Shown here: positions 10,883-20,916 of the stretch, piece after piece
How positions within the stretch are numbered: position 1 is the first letter of the stretch
How the letters are laid out: every line of letters starts with the position of its first letter
Assembly: GCA_963750735.1 (NCBI GenBank)
Contig: CAVVRY010000014.1
Location: 143,568-207,567, forward strand
Length of the DNA: 64,000 bases
Reading direction: 5' to 3'
Origin: an uncultured Bacteroidales bacterium
GTDB lineage: Bacteria > Bacteroidota > Bacteroidia > Bacteroidales > VadinHA17
Position numbers and translations under genes: made by a program
Notes under the pieces: generated by a model
Databases searched by the model: none
The model's input: the letters and a program-made list of their open reading frames with translations, nothing else
What the model was told of the DNA's origin: nothing

Positions 10883-12835
10883 TTGAAAACCATTACGACA
10901 TATATAGTTTTAGTTTTTATTCTTTCATTAGAAGGCATAGGCCAGGTTAGCTATTCTGATTCGCTCAAATCAATGTTAACCAACTCTGATGACAGTACAA
11001 AGGTGAGGATCTATAGTAAGCTATCAGATTACTTCCTTGACTCTATACCTGATCAAAGCGTAAGTTTTGCGGATCAGGCATATCTTTTAAGTAATAAAAA
11101 CAGGTGGTTATGGGGTGAAGCAGATGCTGAAAACTTAATGGGAATAGCCTATTATAATATGGCAGAATACTCCAAATCACTGACCTATTTTAAAAGGTCT
11201 CTTAATAAAAGAAAACTCATTGGAACAAAGGAGGACCTGGCTGCTTCATACAACAATATAGCTATGGTTTATCTGGAATATAATAACTATAATCTGGCCA
11301 TTGAATGTATAAATAATTCTATGGCTATTAATCTTGAGGAAGGTCTTGAAGTTGATGTTGCTGATAATTTGCATAATCTTGCTGCAATATACTGGGAAAA
11401 GAATGATTATCAGACTGCTATTGACTATACTCAGGAGGCTCTCATAATTTATGAAGGTATCGGGAAAGAGGATGATATAGCAGATACTTATAATAATCTG
11501 GGGAATTTATACTCTAAAGTCGATAAACCTGGTGAAGCCAGAGAATATCTTGAAAGAGCGCTTGAAAGATATACAATGGATAAAGACCGGAAAGGAATTG
11601 CTACTGCCAAACTAAATATCGCGGAGTTATTATATACACTTAATCGTTATAATGAAGCTTACCTTTATCTTTCTGATGCCCTCAGTATTGCGCAAAGCCT
11701 CCAAGACTTAGACCTGCTGGTTGAAATTCATGAAAATATTTTTAAATATTTTAAACAAAAAAGGAACTACACTGAGGCATTAAAGCATCACAAGTTATTT
11801 GAAATCTATAAGGACAGCATCTATAATCAACTTCAAAATGATATCATTTTAGAGGAACAAGTAAAACTAGATAGCGAAAATAAGCGGAAAGAAATTCAAG
11901 CTTTTAAGAAAGACTATGAATTACAGGACGTTGAAATTCAAAAACAGAAGTCAGTAGGTGTTTTTCTGATAATCCTTATGGGCGTTTCTTTTTCAACCAT
12001 TTTCTTGTTTAATGTTCTTTTTAAATCTAGGAAGAAAACAAATGATCTGATAAAGGAGAAAAATGTTCAGCTATATTACTCAAACCAAGAATTAGAAGTA
12101 TCCAAACAAGAACTAACAAAACTAAATCATGAAAAGGACAGGTTCTTTTCAATAATAGCACATGATTTAATAAGTCCGTTTACCTCTTTTATTTCTCTAT
12201 CAGAAATACTACGTGACAATACAAACTCTCTGGATGAAAAGGATATAAAAAAGTATTCAGGCTGGATATTTACCTCAGCAAAAAACATTTACAACCTTGT
12301 TGACAACCTTTTACAATGGTCCAGGTCACAGTCAGGTAAATTGAATTATTCACCAAAATACCTTAATTTAAATAAAATTGTACAGGAGACTGTTGCATTA
12401 ATTAAACCCTCTGCAGATGACAAAAACATTCGCATTTTAACTCCTGTCTCAAGAAGCTTAAAGGTTTATGCCGATGCTGACATACTGTCAACTATTTTGC
12501 GAAACTTACTAAACAATGCTGTAAAATTTACTGATAAGGATGGAACCATTAGTGTCCTAACCAATGATACTGGCAAAATGGTTGAAGTTTCCGTAACTGA
12601 TAATGGTATTGGTATAAAAGAGGATGATTTAAATAAACTTTTCCAGCTTGACAGAAACTTTACTACAAAAGGAACTATTGGTGAAGAAGGAAATGGATTA
12701 GGCTTAATCCTTTGCAAAGAATTTGTTCAGGCAATTGGAGGAACAATTCATGTTAAAAGCAAAGTGAAATCTGGTAGTACATTTAAGTTTACTATTCCCA
12801 AAATACCCGTTCAAATTGAATCTCGAAAAGGATGA
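10883..12835 (+). CDS. TPR-repeat sensor histidine kinase (no receiver domain)
   Basis: Signal peptide, ~7 TPR-like repeats (AASYNNIAMVYLE..., ADTYNNLGNLYSK...), one TM segment, H-box FFSIIAHDLISPF, N-box LRNLLNNAVKFT, G-boxes DNGIGI / GNGLGL. Its stop overlaps the next start (ATGA). Confidence 0.85.
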   Translation: MKTITTYIVLVFILSLEGIGQVSYSDSLKSMLTNSDDSTKVRIYSKLSDYFLDSIPDQSVSFADQAYLLSNKNRWLWGEADAENLMGIAYYNMAEYSKSLTYFKRSLNKRKLIGTKEDLAASYNNIAMVYLEYNNYNLAIECINNSMAINLEEGLEVDVADNLHNLAAIYWEKNDYQTAIDYTQEALIIYEGIGKEDDIADTYNNLGNLYSKVDKPGEAREYLERALERYTMDKDRKGIATAKLNIAELLYTLNRYNEAYLYLSDALSIAQSLQDLDLLVEIHENIFKYFKQKRNYTEALKHHKLFEIYKDSIYNQLQNDIILEEQVKLDSENKRKEIQAFKKDYELQDVEIQKQKSVGVFLIILMGVSFSTIFLFNVLFKSRKKTNDLIKEKNVQLYYSNQELEVSKQELTKLNHEKDRFFSIIAHDLISPFTSFISLSEILRDNTNSLDEKDIKKYSGWIFTSAKNIYNLVDNLLQWSRSQSGKLNYSPKYLNLNKIVQETVALIKPSADDKNIRILTPVSRSLKVYADADILSTILRNLLNNAVKFTDKDGTISVLTNDTGKMVEVSVTDNGIGIKEDDLNKLFQLDRNFTTKGTIGEEGNGLGLILCKEFVQAIGGTIHVKSKVKSGSTFKFTIPKIPVQIESRKG

Positions 12836-14763
12836 AAAACGGTAAACTAAATATTATAATTTTCTTGTTCGCATTTTCATTGAATGGTTTTATTGTTCAA
12901 AGCCAGGAGAAAGTTGATAGCTTGCTAAATGTATTTCAGGGTGCTTCAGATAGTCTTAAGAAAGTTGTCCTTGATGAACTGGTGGATGAATATTTGCCAG
13001 TTTCATTAGAAAAAAGCCTTGAGTATGCTATTCAATCATTGGAAGTTGCTAATTACAATAGCAATCAAATATGGATTTCAGATGCTTATACAAGAATTGG
13101 TCAGGTCTATTTTCAAGCTGAAATGTTTCCTGAAGCCCTTGATTATTATTTGAAAAGTGAGAAAATTTCAACGCAATTATTAGATACTACCTATATACTT
13201 AGAGCATATGAAAACCTCGGGAAAGCCTACCTAAAGCTAGAGGATACATACAACAGTTTAAATTATATCACCAAGGCCATTGAGTTAAATGATCAATATG
13301 GTGATTCATTGTTGACAGGCAAGGCATATTTAAATGCAGCTGACCTTTATCTGGCTACCTCACAGGATAACGATGCGTTTAAATTTTACAACTTGAGTTT
13401 AATTTATTTGGAAAATACAAGTGAATACATGAGTTTAATTCATGTTTTAACAGCTCTGGGAGATTTAAAGAGGAAATCAGGTGATGCATTCTCTGCCAGA
13501 ATCTTATACTTCAGGGCCCTGGGCCTGGCCACCCGAAATGATCTGCTATATGAACAAGCAGAAATTGCTCATAAGGTTGGACAGGTTTTTATGGATGAGA
13601 AAAATTACAACCTGGCATCCAGCCATCTACTACTGGCATTAGGCATAAGTAATGATAAGGGTTTCCTCGATATATCTGCAAAAATAAATAAGACTCTATC
13701 TGAACTTTCTGAAATGGAGAATAAAAACAGGCAAGCTCTGCGTTATAGAGAAACATATAATGAACTCAGAGATTCTCTTAGAAACGTTAACCAGCAGAAA
13801 TATTTATCATTCCTGAACATGAAATATGATGCAGACCGAAAAGATCACGAGATAGGATTATTAACCAAAGCCAATGAAATTAATACTCAACAATTAGATA
13901 AGCAAAAGAACATACAAAAATTTACACTTATTGGAGTGATATTGTTATCTATTATAGCCATCATAATTGTGGTTTTTTATTATTACAACAGAAGGATGGC
14001 AACAATCCTGATTGAGAAGAGAAAGATGCTTGAAAAGACTCATCAGAACCTATTAAAATCCGAAAGAGAATTAAAAAAGATTAATGACACAAAAAATAAG
14101 ATTTTTTCAATTCTGGCACATGATCTTATAAACCCATTCAACGCCCTTTTGGGCTTTGCCTCACTTCTAGATGAAGAATCTCAATATCTGAATAAAGCTG
14201 AAATTAAGCAATATAGTAGTGTTATACATAAGACTGCCAGCAGCTTGCATCACCTTCTTGAAAACCTGCTGCAATGGAGCAGAAGTCAAACTGGAAAAAT
14301 AATCACAAAAAAGGAATTTATTGATTTGAATTTAGTTGTAAAGGAGGTATTAGATCTTGTGGTTATAAATGCCGAAGCAAAAAGCATATTAATCAATACT
14401 ACACTTTCTGAACCCTGTGTTGTTTATGTTGATAAAAATCTCCTTGTTTCCGCTTTAGGAAATATTTTACAGAATGCAATTAAATTCTCTTCTGAAAATA
14501 ATGAAATTAACATTCTTACACATTGTAATAAAGCTAAGGCTATAATAGAAGTTGCAGATAAAGGTATTGGTATAAGTCTGGAAGATCAGAAAAAATTGTT
14601 CCGTACTGACACCCACTTTTCAACTAGGGGCACTTCAAATGAGCAAGGGACAGGGCTTGGATTAATAATTGCAAATGACTTTGTTAAGTTAAACAAAGGA
14701 AAACTTGATATGAAAAGTCAATTAGGTAAAGGCAGTATTTTTACTATCAGTCTCCCAAAATAA
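12832..14763 (+). CDS. TPR-repeat sensor histidine kinase, tandem paralog of the preceding gene
   Basis: Same architecture as the preceding gene. H-box IFSILAHDLINPF, shared NLLQWSRSQ(S/T)GK motif, G-boxes DKGIGI / GTGLGL. Confidence 0.85.
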   Translation: MKNGKLNIIIFLFAFSLNGFIVQSQEKVDSLLNVFQGASDSLKKVVLDELVDEYLPVSLEKSLEYAIQSLEVANYNSNQIWISDAYTRIGQVYFQAEMFPEALDYYLKSEKISTQLLDTTYILRAYENLGKAYLKLEDTYNSLNYITKAIELNDQYGDSLLTGKAYLNAADLYLATSQDNDAFKFYNLSLIYLENTSEYMSLIHVLTALGDLKRKSGDAFSARILYFRALGLATRNDLLYEQAEIAHKVGQVFMDEKNYNLASSHLLLALGISNDKGFLDISAKINKTLSELSEMENKNRQALRYRETYNELRDSLRNVNQQKYLSFLNMKYDADRKDHEIGLLTKANEINTQQLDKQKNIQKFTLIGVILLSIIAIIIVVFYYYNRRMATILIEKRKMLEKTHQNLLKSERELKKINDTKNKIFSILAHDLINPFNALLGFASLLDEESQYLNKAEIKQYSSVIHKTASSLHHLLENLLQWSRSQTGKIITKKEFIDLNLVVKEVLDLVVINAEAKSILINTTLSEPCVVYVDKNLLVSALGNILQNAIKFSSENNEINILTHCNKAKAIIEVADKGIGISLEDQKKLFRTDTHFSTRGTSNEQGTGLGLIIANDFVKLNKGKLDMKSQLGKGSIFTISLPK

Positions 14764-14786
14764 TGTCACACTAAACCAAACTAAAT

Positions 14787-14996
14787 ATGACCAAGAAAAA
14801 GGAAATAACCTACTCCGAAGCTCTTGCTGAAATGGAATCAATACTAGCAAAAATTGAGCATGAAGAGCTAGATGTTGATGAACTTTCCTCCACCTTAAAA
14901 AGGGTATCACATTTAATGAAAATATGTCGCCGGAAACTTCGCACAACAGAATCTGAAGTAGAGAAAATCCTAAATGATATGGATGTTGAGGCCTAG
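14787..14996 (+). CDS. xseB: exodeoxyribonuclease VII small subunit
   Basis: 69-aa helical protein; YSEALAEMESILAKIEHEELDVDEL is the typical XseB N-terminal pattern. Confidence 0.8.
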   Translation: MTKKKEITYSEALAEMESILAKIEHEELDVDELSSTLKRVSHLMKICRRKLRTTESEVEKILNDMDVEA

Positions 14997-15011
14997 CTTA
15001 TAACATCCTTT

Positions 15012-16883
15012 TTACTTTCCTTTTTTTACCCCTGGGTAGTTTGGTTTAATCATATTTTCTGGTGCCAATAAACGTTCAAGCTCCTTTTTGGTGAGTAACT
15101 TCTTTTCCAAAACCAGATCATAAATCCCACGATTCGTTTCCAATGCTTCACTAGCCAATTTTGAGCTGGTTTCATATCCAAGCAAAGGATTCAATGCAGT
15201 TATCAAACCTATGCTGTTTTCCACAAGCATCCGACATCTTTCCTCATTTGCGGTGATTCCAACTATACAACGATCCCGTAAAGTCGACATGCCATTTATT
15301 AACATTTCAATAGATTCAAACAGACTTTGAACTATCACAGGCTCCATCACATTTAATTCAAGCTGTCCTGCCTCAGCAGCCATACTAACAGTTAAATCAT
15401 TACCAATAACCTTAAATGCAATCTGATTTACAACTTCTGGAATAACCGGATTAACCTTTCCTGGCATAATTGATGATCCAGGTTGGACCGGAGGCAAATT
15501 TATTTCATTAATTCCAGTTCGGGGTCCAGAAGATAATAAGCGTAAATCATTTGAAATTTTTGACAATTTTATTGCTAACCTTTTGATAGCTGAAGAATAC
15601 ATAACAAAAGAGCCTGTATCTTGTGTAGCTTCTACCAAATTTTTTGCATTTTCAACCGGAAGTTTAGAAATCTTACGTAAATGCTTTATAACTTTCTCCG
15701 AATATCTAGGATCTGCATTTATACCTGTACCAATGGCAGTTCCCCCCATGTTTACCTCTAATAAGAGTTTCGCATTCTCATCAAGTCGTTGTACCTCTTC
15801 GTCCAATGTGGCTGCGTAGGCCTCAAATGACTGTCCCAAGGTCATGGGAACGGCATCTTGTAATTGAGTCCGTCCCATTTTAATAACATGAAAGAATTCA
15901 GTTGCCTTTTTGCTGAAGGCTCCTATTAATTTTTCAACTTCTGTTATTAAATAATCATTGCTGTTTATTAAGGCAATTTTTATCGCAGTAGGATAGGCAT
16001 CATTCGTCGATTGTGATAGATTTACATGATTGTTAGGATGACAATATTCGTATTGTCCCTTATCATAGCCTAAAATTTCAAGAGCCCGGTTTGCAATAAC
16101 CTCATTGGTATTCATGTTGGTAGAGGTACCAGCCCCACCTTGGATCATATCAACAACAAAATGAAATTGATATCTACCTGAAATAATCTCATCACATGCC
16201 TGAGATATAGCATAATAAATATCTTTGTTAAGAATACCCAATTCGAAGTTTGCTTTTGCTGCAGCTTTTTTTACCATAACAAGGGCCTGAATCAGGCGTG
16301 GGTAAAAATTCAGGGTTACCCCTGAAATATCGAAATTTTCTATGGCCCTTAGCGTCTGAATGCCATAATAATACTCATACGGCACTTCTCTTTCTCCAAG
16401 TAAATCATGCTCTGTCCTTGTCCGTGCGGATTCATATTGAGCTGCAGTATTTAATAAACGGAAGTTGGCATGCTTCATCCTTCGAGAAATAACTCGAATT
16501 ATATTTGAGAATATTTTAACTGAGAGAGGTCCGTTTTCAATAAAATATGATTTCTTCAAAATGAAAACAGTGGTGGGATTCACCGCCCTTGCAGAGGTTG
16601 AATGAAGAGAGGTTTTATTCCAGGCCCCTTCACCAAGAAAGTCACCTGGAGTAAATATTGCCAATCTTTTTTCCTGCCCGATGCTGGTTAGTTTAAATAA
16701 TTCAACCTGTCCCTGAGAAATAATAAAAATATCTTTTCTGGGTTGATTTTCCTCAAACAGCATTTCTCCTGACTTGTATGCAATTTCATCCATGGAAGCC
16801 GTAAGAGAATTCAACTCACTATCGTCCATTCCTCTAAAAAGATCAATTCCTTTAATAAATGTAAATACTTCTTTGCTTTTCAT
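15012..16883 (-). CDS. aspA: aspartate ammonia-lyase fused to an N-terminal cyclic-nucleotide-binding-like domain
   Basis: Residues ~160-623: TRTEHDLLGEREVPYEYYYGIQTLRAIENF, GTSTNMNTNEV and the fumarate-lyase signature GSSIMPGKVNPVIPE. Residues 1-~150: CAP-effector-type fold pattern (LFRGMDDSEL...GEMLFEENQP..DIFIISQGQVELFK...PGDFLGEGAW). Confidence 0.85.
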   Translation of the reverse strand: MKSKEVFTFIKGIDLFRGMDDSELNSLTASMDEIAYKSGEMLFEENQPRKDIFIISQGQVELFKLTSIGQEKRLAIFTPGDFLGEGAWNKTSLHSTSARAVNPTTVFILKKSYFIENGPLSVKIFSNIIRVISRRMKHANFRLLNTAAQYESARTRTEHDLLGEREVPYEYYYGIQTLRAIENFDISGVTLNFYPRLIQALVMVKKAAAKANFELGILNKDIYYAISQACDEIISGRYQFHFVVDMIQGGAGTSTNMNTNEVIANRALEILGYDKGQYEYCHPNNHVNLSQSTNDAYPTAIKIALINSNDYLITEVEKLIGAFSKKATEFFHVIKMGRTQLQDAVPMTLGQSFEAYAATLDEEVQRLDENAKLLLEVNMGGTAIGTGINADPRYSEKVIKHLRKISKLPVENAKNLVEATQDTGSFVMYSSAIKRLAIKLSKISNDLRLLSSGPRTGINEINLPPVQPGSSIMPGKVNPVIPEVVNQIAFKVIGNDLTVSMAAEAGQLELNVMEPVIVQSLFESIEMLINGMSTLRDRCIVGITANEERCRMLVENSIGLITALNPLLGYETSSKLASEALETNRGIYDLVLEKKLLTKKELERLLAPENMIKPNYPGVKKGK

Positions 16884-16984
16884 TTTTTATTTTTTTGAAA
16901 ATGTCGACTCCAATTTTCCAATCACAGATTGTTGGTTTATAGTTTATTGATTTTAAAATATAAAAAGGAATTTTTATTTAGAGC

Positions 16985-19900
16985 TTAGATATACTTCTCC
17001 ATAAGGTTTAGCAAATCTAATGGCTTAATTGGTTTTGATATATAATCATCACAACCTGCTGACAATGCTCTATCTCTATCCTGACTCATGGCATAAGCTG
17101 TCTGAGCAATTACAGGTGTATTGATGTTTATTTCCTTAATAATTTTAGTAACCTCATAGCCATCTAATTCCGGAATTTGAATATCCATTAAAACAAGATC
17201 AATATCGGAAGTCTTCTTAAATATTTCTATAGCTTTTGTCCCGGTATCTGCCCATACCAATTGAGCATTTGTTTTTGATAGAACTGCTTTAATAAATTCA
17301 AAGTTTGATTCATTGTCTTCTACAACAAGTACTATTTTATCCTCCCAGTTAAAAACATTTTTCCAGGTATCCTCATGCAAATCTGAACTACCTGGAAAGG
17401 AATCTATAGGTTTATAAGGAATTGTAAAATAAAACTCTGATCCTTCATCTAGCTTTGACTCCACACCAATTTTACCTCCCATTAATTCTACCAAGCTTTT
17501 GGAGACCGACAAACCCAAGCCTGTTCCTTCGTATTTTCGAATAGATGATCCATCAAGCTGTCGGAAACGATCAAAAATTGAATAAATATCTTCCTTCTTT
17601 ATTCCAATTCCAGTATCCTTTATTGAAAATTCCAATTCATCGTTTTCATTTAAAAAACATCCTACTGAAATCATTCCTTCCTGAGTAAATTTAAATGCAT
17701 TCCCGAGGATGTTAGTTAAAATCTGCCGGAGTCTGTATTCATCCGTTTCTGTAATAAGGTCATCAGGTATATTTAGGTTTAACTCAAGACTAATAGATTT
17801 CTTAGATTTCCTAATCTCCTCTTCAAAAAACCTGCTAAGTTCCTTCATAATGGCTGCAGGATTGCAGGCTTCCTCAACAATCTTAATTTGACCTGCTTCA
17901 ATTCTGGCCAGATCAATAATATCATCTATAAGATTTGATAAAGATTTGCAGCTTGAATTAATAATACTAAAATACTCATCCCTATCAGGCCCTGAAACAT
18001 CACCTGTCCTCAATAATTCAGAGAAACCAACAATGGCATTCATAGGAGTCCTGATCTCGTGTGACATATTAGCCAGGAAGGCAGTTTTCAACCCATCCGA
18101 TTCTTCAGCTTTTCTTTTTGCTTCCAATAAAATCGATTCATTTTTCTTTTTTCCTGTAATATCTTCTTTAATGGCAATAAAATGAGTTACCTCCCCCTGA
18201 TCATTCTTTACTGCTGAAATGGTAGCTGATTCCCAAAATAATTCACCATCTTTTTTCCTGTTTTGGATTTCTCCAATCCATTCTCCGCCAGAAATTAAAG
18301 TCGCCCATAGCTCCGCATAGAACTCAGCAGACATTTTTCCTGATTTAAGAATTGCTGGTGTTTTCCCAATAGCCTCATCCTCTGAATAACCTGTAACTTC
18401 AGAGAACTTGGGATTTACATATTCAATAATCCCTTCAGTATTTGTTATTACAACACTGGCAGGTGAATGTCTAATTGCCTGAGAGAGAACCTTAATTCTT
18501 TTCTCTTGTTTAACTCTTTCACTCAAATCAATAATGGTAATTAACACAGTATCCCATGAATCCTCTTTACCCGGCAATATCACAGATCTCAATAAAGCTT
18601 CCCGTTTTACACCATTTTTTGATTCAAATACTACCTCCTCTTCAAATTTTCGTTCCTGATCCTTAAAGGCCAATAAAAGCTTCAGCTTTGTATTCATTAA
18701 AGCAGAATTCTGAATATAAATCTGCATTTCTTCAAGCTCCTGAATATCTGAAGCTCCAAAAAAATGTAATGCTGCCTGGTTGCAGTCAACAATTCTCATA
18801 TTCTTGCAACAACCTTCTAATTCAAGTGGATTTTCACAAAAATACTCCTCAAAATCCATAATCCCCTGATCTTCAATTTTCTGAATACGAAATTTTACCT
18901 CTGACAAATCTTCCTGTAAAAGAGGTAAGGGCAAATACTCAAGGGTAGCCCTGGTTTGAATATCCCGTTCGATCAGTTCATTCTCATATTTTTTTCTACT
19001 CCTAATGTCCTTTAGAAAGCACCAATACCCCAATGGTTTCTCTGAATCTTCATTCAGGTAACAATGGACCTCAACCGGGATAAATTCATTTCGTGAATTC
19101 TTAATATCCATTTCATAAGGCTGGGTTGTAGAAGAATTTAGCTTAGCATCCTCAAGCAACTCAAGCTTCAAACTTTCCCATTCGACCGGAATTAGAGAAT
19201 TGACATTCATATTTGATAAATCCTCCTGAGAATATCCAGTAAGTTCAATAAAAGAATTATTAAACTCAACAATATCACCTTCAACATCAACTCCCACTAA
19301 AGCCTCCAACATTCTTTCATGAAGGTCTCGATACCTTTTTTCAGACCGAATAATGTTTTCCGTTGATTTCTTTTGCTCAGTAATATCGATACAGGTTACC
19401 AATACGCCCTCAATTTCTTCATCATCCTGAATCAATCTGACATTAACCCTTACATATCTCCGCTCACCATCTTTGCTTTTAAATTTAATTTCAAAAGGTT
19501 CAGGCTCTGTTCGCTCTCCTGAAACAATCTCTCTAAAAACCTGAACGCCCTTTTCTTTTGCATCCTCATCTAAAGCAGAAATGTCTACTATACGTTTACC
19601 AAGAAATGTGTCTTTTGGATAACCAGTAATTTCTGCTAGGGCAGGATTGAGGTCAACTATTATTCCTTCCTGATTCAATACTATAATTCCATTGGGAGAT
19701 GAAAGGACAACTCCTCTATACTTTGCTTCAGATTCTTTCAGTGTCTTTTCAAAAATCACTCTATCTGTAATTTCAGTAACTAAATTTAGAGAGGCAGGTT
19801 TTCCTTCCCAATCAATTTTATGTCCTGATGTCTCAATCCAAACCTCCTTATTTTCATTTGAAATTGCCCTGAACCTATATTTTTCAACTTTCTTGCCTTT

Positions 19901-20515
19901 AATCCTATTCTTATAGCTTTGAATGATTAAGTCTCTATCATCAGGATGAACAAATTCCAGGAAAGGCGTGGATTTAAGCTGAGAGTCACTATATCCAAGA
20001 AAATTGCTTATTTGGAAATCCATATATCTTAAATAGCCCTCCTGGACAACCAGGACCCCTTCAGTAGCATTCTTAGTAATAAGATCAGGAAATAATTCAC
20101 GAATATTAGAATAATTACCATACTTTGGAATATTTCGTCCAGATTGAGTAAAATTCCAAAAGTTTCTTAGAACAATTCTAAAACTTCCTGGGTCACGGAG
20201 TGAGAGTAAATCCCAAACTCCATCGATCCTAGTCACTTTGCCGGGTAAAGAATTAATGTTTTGAGAGTAAAGGATAGTTGGTAGGTAATACCCATCCCTG
20301 TTAAAAGAATCAATTATACCTTTCCAGGCTCTTTGATTCTCATAATTAATCAGCAATAGATTCGGCCTTCTGGAAAGCAATTCATTTATTATTGTCTTGT
20401 TTTCATCACTATAAAAAAAATCGGTAGCAAAACCATCAATATCTGCACATTGCTTCACAATTGAACGGATCTTTTCTTCCTGCTCTATTACAAGAATTAG
20501 CAATGTGTTTTTCAT
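16985..20515 (-). CDS. hybrid sensor histidine kinase/response regulator with multiple PAS domains
   Basis: 1176 aa. Several PAS/PAC-like segments, H-box FLANMSHEIRTPMNAI, HATPase G-boxes DTGIGI / GTGLGLSVS, and a canonical C-terminal receiver (VLVVEDNESN...DLVLMDIQIPELDG...SKP). The N-terminal ~120 aa look like a degenerate receiver. Confidence 0.9.
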   Translation of the reverse strand: MKNTLLILVIEQEEKIRSIVKQCADIDGFATDFFYSDENKTIINELLSRRPNLLLINYENQRAWKGIIDSFNRDGYYLPTILYSQNINSLPGKVTRIDGVWDLLSLRDPGSFRIVLRNFWNFTQSGRNIPKYGNYSNIRELFPDLITKNATEGVLVVQEGYLRYMDFQISNFLGYSDSQLKSTPFLEFVHPDDRDLIIQSYKNRIKGKKVEKYRFRAISNENKEVWIETSGHKIDWEGKPASLNLVTEITDRVIFEKTLKESEAKYRGVVLSSPNGIIVLNQEGIIVDLNPALAEITGYPKDTFLGKRIVDISALDEDAKEKGVQVFREIVSGERTEPEPFEIKFKSKDGERRYVRVNVRLIQDDEEIEGVLVTCIDITEQKKSTENIIRSEKRYRDLHERMLEALVGVDVEGDIVEFNNSFIELTGYSQEDLSNMNVNSLIPVEWESLKLELLEDAKLNSSTTQPYEMDIKNSRNEFIPVEVHCYLNEDSEKPLGYWCFLKDIRSRKKYENELIERDIQTRATLEYLPLPLLQEDLSEVKFRIQKIEDQGIMDFEEYFCENPLELEGCCKNMRIVDCNQAALHFFGASDIQELEEMQIYIQNSALMNTKLKLLLAFKDQERKFEEEVVFESKNGVKREALLRSVILPGKEDSWDTVLITIIDLSERVKQEKRIKVLSQAIRHSPASVVITNTEGIIEYVNPKFSEVTGYSEDEAIGKTPAILKSGKMSAEFYAELWATLISGGEWIGEIQNRKKDGELFWESATISAVKNDQGEVTHFIAIKEDITGKKKNESILLEAKRKAEESDGLKTAFLANMSHEIRTPMNAIVGFSELLRTGDVSGPDRDEYFSIINSSCKSLSNLIDDIIDLARIEAGQIKIVEEACNPAAIMKELSRFFEEEIRKSKKSISLELNLNIPDDLITETDEYRLRQILTNILGNAFKFTQEGMISVGCFLNENDELEFSIKDTGIGIKKEDIYSIFDRFRQLDGSSIRKYEGTGLGLSVSKSLVELMGGKIGVESKLDEGSEFYFTIPYKPIDSFPGSSDLHEDTWKNVFNWEDKIVLVVEDNESNFEFIKAVLSKTNAQLVWADTGTKAIEIFKKTSDIDLVLMDIQIPELDGYEVTKIIKEININTPVIAQTAYAMSQDRDRALSAGCDDYISKPIKPLDLLNLMEKYI

Positions 20516-20663
20516 AGCTCGATTAGGATAAACAATGATAAGTTTTTAGGTGAATTCTTAATTTATATCATTTGAATAAACAACAAACCTACTATTTTTA
20601 AACTAAATAAAAAAGATAGAAATTAGATAAAAAAGCCTAATTAAATAGCTTATCTAACTAGTG

Positions 20664-20699
20664 CTAAAAACAAGAGACCAGAGAAAATTCTCTGGTCTC
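20664..20699 (-). terminator. Rho-independent terminator downstream of the TonB-dependent receptor
   Basis: 11-bp stem gagaccagaga/tctctggtctc (20674-20684 / 20689-20699) with a 4-nt loop, followed on the minus strand by TTGTTTTTA. Confidence 0.6.
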
Positions 20700-20916
20700 A
20701 AGCTTCATACCCTAAAAATTAAACCTAAAACTTTACGAAAAACCTACCAATTAAATTGGTATTAGTTACAATATAACTACATCTAGTTTAACGCAACAAA
20801 AAGATTTTTGTTGTATAAAGATATGAAATTAATGTAAGTCTTCCAAAGAATTTGATATTAATTTTGTATGAAATTATAAGGACTATATTATTCGTCTAAT
20901 TAATAAGAATTTACGT

